This document shows positions 60,938 to 64,000 of a DNA stretch of 64,000 nucleotides, piece after piece. The stretch's first letter is position 1. The number at the start of each line of letters is the position of its first letter. The position numbers and the translations under genes are program-made. The stretch is from the human T2T-CHM13v2.0 reference genome, Homo sapiens. The notes beneath the pieces were generated by a model, which was not told the origin of the DNA, ran no database searches, and saw only the letters and a program-made list of their open reading frames with translations. The DNA lies in the NCBI RefSeq assembly GCF_009914755.1, contig NC_060936.1; one strand, given 5' to 3'.

Positions 60938-62344
60938 TTAGCCGGGCTTGGTGGCAGGTGCCTGTAATCTGAGCTACTAGGGAGGCTGAGGCAGGAGAAT
61001 CAACTTGAACCCAGGAGGTGGAGGTTGCAGTGAGCTGAGATCGCGCCATTGCACTCCAGCCTGGGCAACAAGGGCGAAACTCCATCTTAAAAAAAAACTG
61101 GGGAGCTTGAGGCTTACAGATAGCAGTTATTCCTTTGGTGCTTATTTTGCAGGGCACTATTATAGGAAGCAAGCACCTTCTTAACACAGGTATAGGGAAC
61201 TAATTTTTGGTTACATAGCTGGGGGTGATTCCTGTTATCAGAAAAAATTCCAAAATGCATACATGAGTAGGCACTTCAAAACACTCAGAAAGTAGGCCAG
61301 ATCACAGTTATGTTAAAAATTAGCATGTAGACACTTAAAGGATTTAGTTTTTTTTACATTGAAACTAACATCATGAAAAACTTGTGTTTGCGGTAGTTCT
61401 GTTACACTGACAAGGTCATATGTGATATGATTTCAGATTAGTATTTTTCTACAAATGAATAGGTTTCTGGTTTTAATGACTGTGCCAGAGAACTTTATGT
61501 GGATATTTTCATTTAATCTTTACCATACCCTGAGGGCAGATCATGTCATTAACAGATTAGGACACTAGGGCTTCAAAATAGTTGGTAAGCTGTCCAGTTA
61601 GCAAAGCAGGTACTCCACATCTGCTGGGGTCCAGGAGCAGCTCAGATCATAACTGGTTAGTAACAGACTAGGGTGAGAATTCTAGATACCGTGGCCTTTT
61701 GCTTTGTATCCCTGTTCAAAATGTACATTTTATCATGCTAATTTTTTATTTTGAAGATTGTTAATATCTATACTTTTATTATCTGTTATTTTTTATTACT
61801 GAATACCCGCCCATGAAAAAATAAAATTGGGTCAAATTTCTGTCAAAAAAAATTATTACACATGAAACATCACTGTGGGCTGTGTGCGGTGGCTCATGCC
61901 TGTAATCCCAGCACTTTGGTAGGCCGAGGCAGGCTGATCACCTGAGGTCAGGAGTTCAAGTCTAGCCTGGCCAACGTGGCAAAACTGTCTCTACTAAAAA
62001 TAGAAAAATTAGCCGGGGGTGGTGGATGCCTGTAATCCCAGCTAGTAGGGAGGCTGCAGCAGGGAGAATCCATTGAATCCAGGAGGCGGAGGTTGCAGTG
62101 AGCCAAGATCACACCACTGCACTCCAGCCTGGGCGACAGAGCGAGACTCCATTTCAACAAAAAACAAAAACAAAATCATTGTGAGGCTTTAACTTATATT
62201 TTTTTGCAAGTTGGACTGTGTTCATGAAATACTTCCTACTTAGGAGCAATTGTGACTTTAACCTAAATAGTTTCTACTTTATCTGATGCTGCCTGTGAGA
62301 GATCCATCATTAATTAACATCTACAGATTTCTATATCTTCATAA

Positions 62345-62569
<225 letters not shown>

Positions 62570-63383
62570 TGAACTGCCCTCAAGTGATCTGCCCACCTTG
62601 GCCTCCCAAAGTGCTGGGATTACAAGCATGAGGCACTGTGCCCGGCCAATATTTTCATAATCTTTTACCTATCTTGGTGCTTGGATATAGCAGATGCTCG
62701 GGACATTCTAATTTGAATTTGTCAGTTTCTTTAGCTTTGTACAAGTTACTTTGATAATATTAGCAAATTAGAACAGTAGGCAATTGATCAGTGTGTTAAA
62801 TTAGCCAGGTTACAGAAAGGACTAGCAGTTGTCAACACTATTTCCTGGAGGAAGAAATGGAACATTTTTATAGGATAACCTCAACCACAGATACTTCTTC
62901 AAGATACGGTTTTATGAGGGGAGTTGTTTGAGTTTAACACAAAGGTGTTCAGGTTAGAGTGACTTTTAAAGGCTTTGCGGAGTTTTCTGTGATCTCTGGA
63001 CTTCAAATTCCACATGGTTATGTTGAAGGCTTACCACGTTCCACATTTATGTGAGGACAGTTTACATCACTGTTTCTTAGTGGGAAAGGGGGAGAAGATG
63101 GCAGTCTGTTGCCCCTCATTTGAGAATCCCCAGTACAGGGAGCCACTGTTACTGACAGTGTATTGTATCCTTCAGGTGTGTGGGCAGAAAAAAAAAAGAT
63201 TAAGAAGCTTTGGGTTAAATGATTTCTTATTTATTTTAAAATATGATAATTATGGCATGAGTCCCAACAGTGAGAGGATGTATCTGTAAGTTACTCCACA
63301 CTTTTCAATTAACATGAACATTTTTTAGTAGGCATATATCTCAATACTTGGATAATCACTTTTGTTTTGCTTGTGTTTCTTAG

Positions 63384-63440
63384 GAACAAAGGAGAAACAG
63401 GCTAGCCAGAGAATTACCTTCAGCTGTATCACGAGACAAG
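63384..63440 (+). CDS. DNM1L: DNM1L exon 15 (EQRRNRLARELPSAVSRDK)
   Basis: tcttag|GAA ... AAG|gtaaaa, 57 nt. The gene continues past the window end. Confidence 0.97.
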
Positions 63441-64000
63441 GTAAAAAAATGTTTTTAATGCATATTCCCAATACCTAAAGATAGATTGATGAGCTCAGAA
63501 TATTACTCAGTCCTAGGAGTAATTTTTTCTTCTTTTCCTCCCTTTAACACTCCATTGGAACTAACTGAGTAAAGGCATACAAGTTTAAAATGGGTTTTGA
63601 GTGATTTAAAGATAATAGTATTTTGAATTCACTGACATAAATGCTTAAAAGTAGATTTAAGCATTTATTTAAGCATTTAAGCATCAAGCTTTTTAAAAAA
63701 ATTCAGTCAGTGACTTTATCAACTTTGCACATAGCTGAAATGACTCAAGATTTTATTATAATAAGAGGGTTTCTTGGAAAAAACAGTATGCACAGAACAG
63801 AGGTTTTAATTACTAGTAATAATTAAAATAGTTGTAATACTAAAGTGTGTATAAAAATCTTTTACCTTGAATTCTTTGCCAGAAAAGAATCTTATTAAAT
63901 ACCAAAAATAAAAATGAAGCTTTTGGATTTGGATTTTTCTTATGTATTCATCTGAAGGAAACTTTTAACAAAGGTGACAATGGTGAAGGAAATAAGGCAG

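Overview
Human/hominid genomic DNA, Alu-rich. It contains the CpG-island promoter and first 15 exons of DNM1L (dynamin-1-like protein, Drp1) on the + strand. Fourteen constitutive exons splice in frame (GT-AG) to 532 codons covering the GTPase domain, middle domain and start of the variable domain. There is also a 39-nt cassette exon 3 (DPATWKNSRHLSK), and the gene continues beyond the window. The introns hold an antisense processed NAP1L1 pseudogene (nested in an Alu monomer and interrupted by three Alus), antisense Y1 RNA and 5' U2 snRNA retrocopies, and MaLR/ERVL LTRs, L1, L2, MIR and MER fragments. The most unusual structure is a recurring set of short, high-identity local copies made 1-2 kb from their source. 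Two of them duplicate 3' splice-site-like sequence. One is part of a complex inverted/palindromic AT-rich rearrangement upstream of exon 8. Most long ORFs in the track are Alu artefacts. No wholly new gene system is evident; the findings are candidate regulatory or mutational features needing checks.
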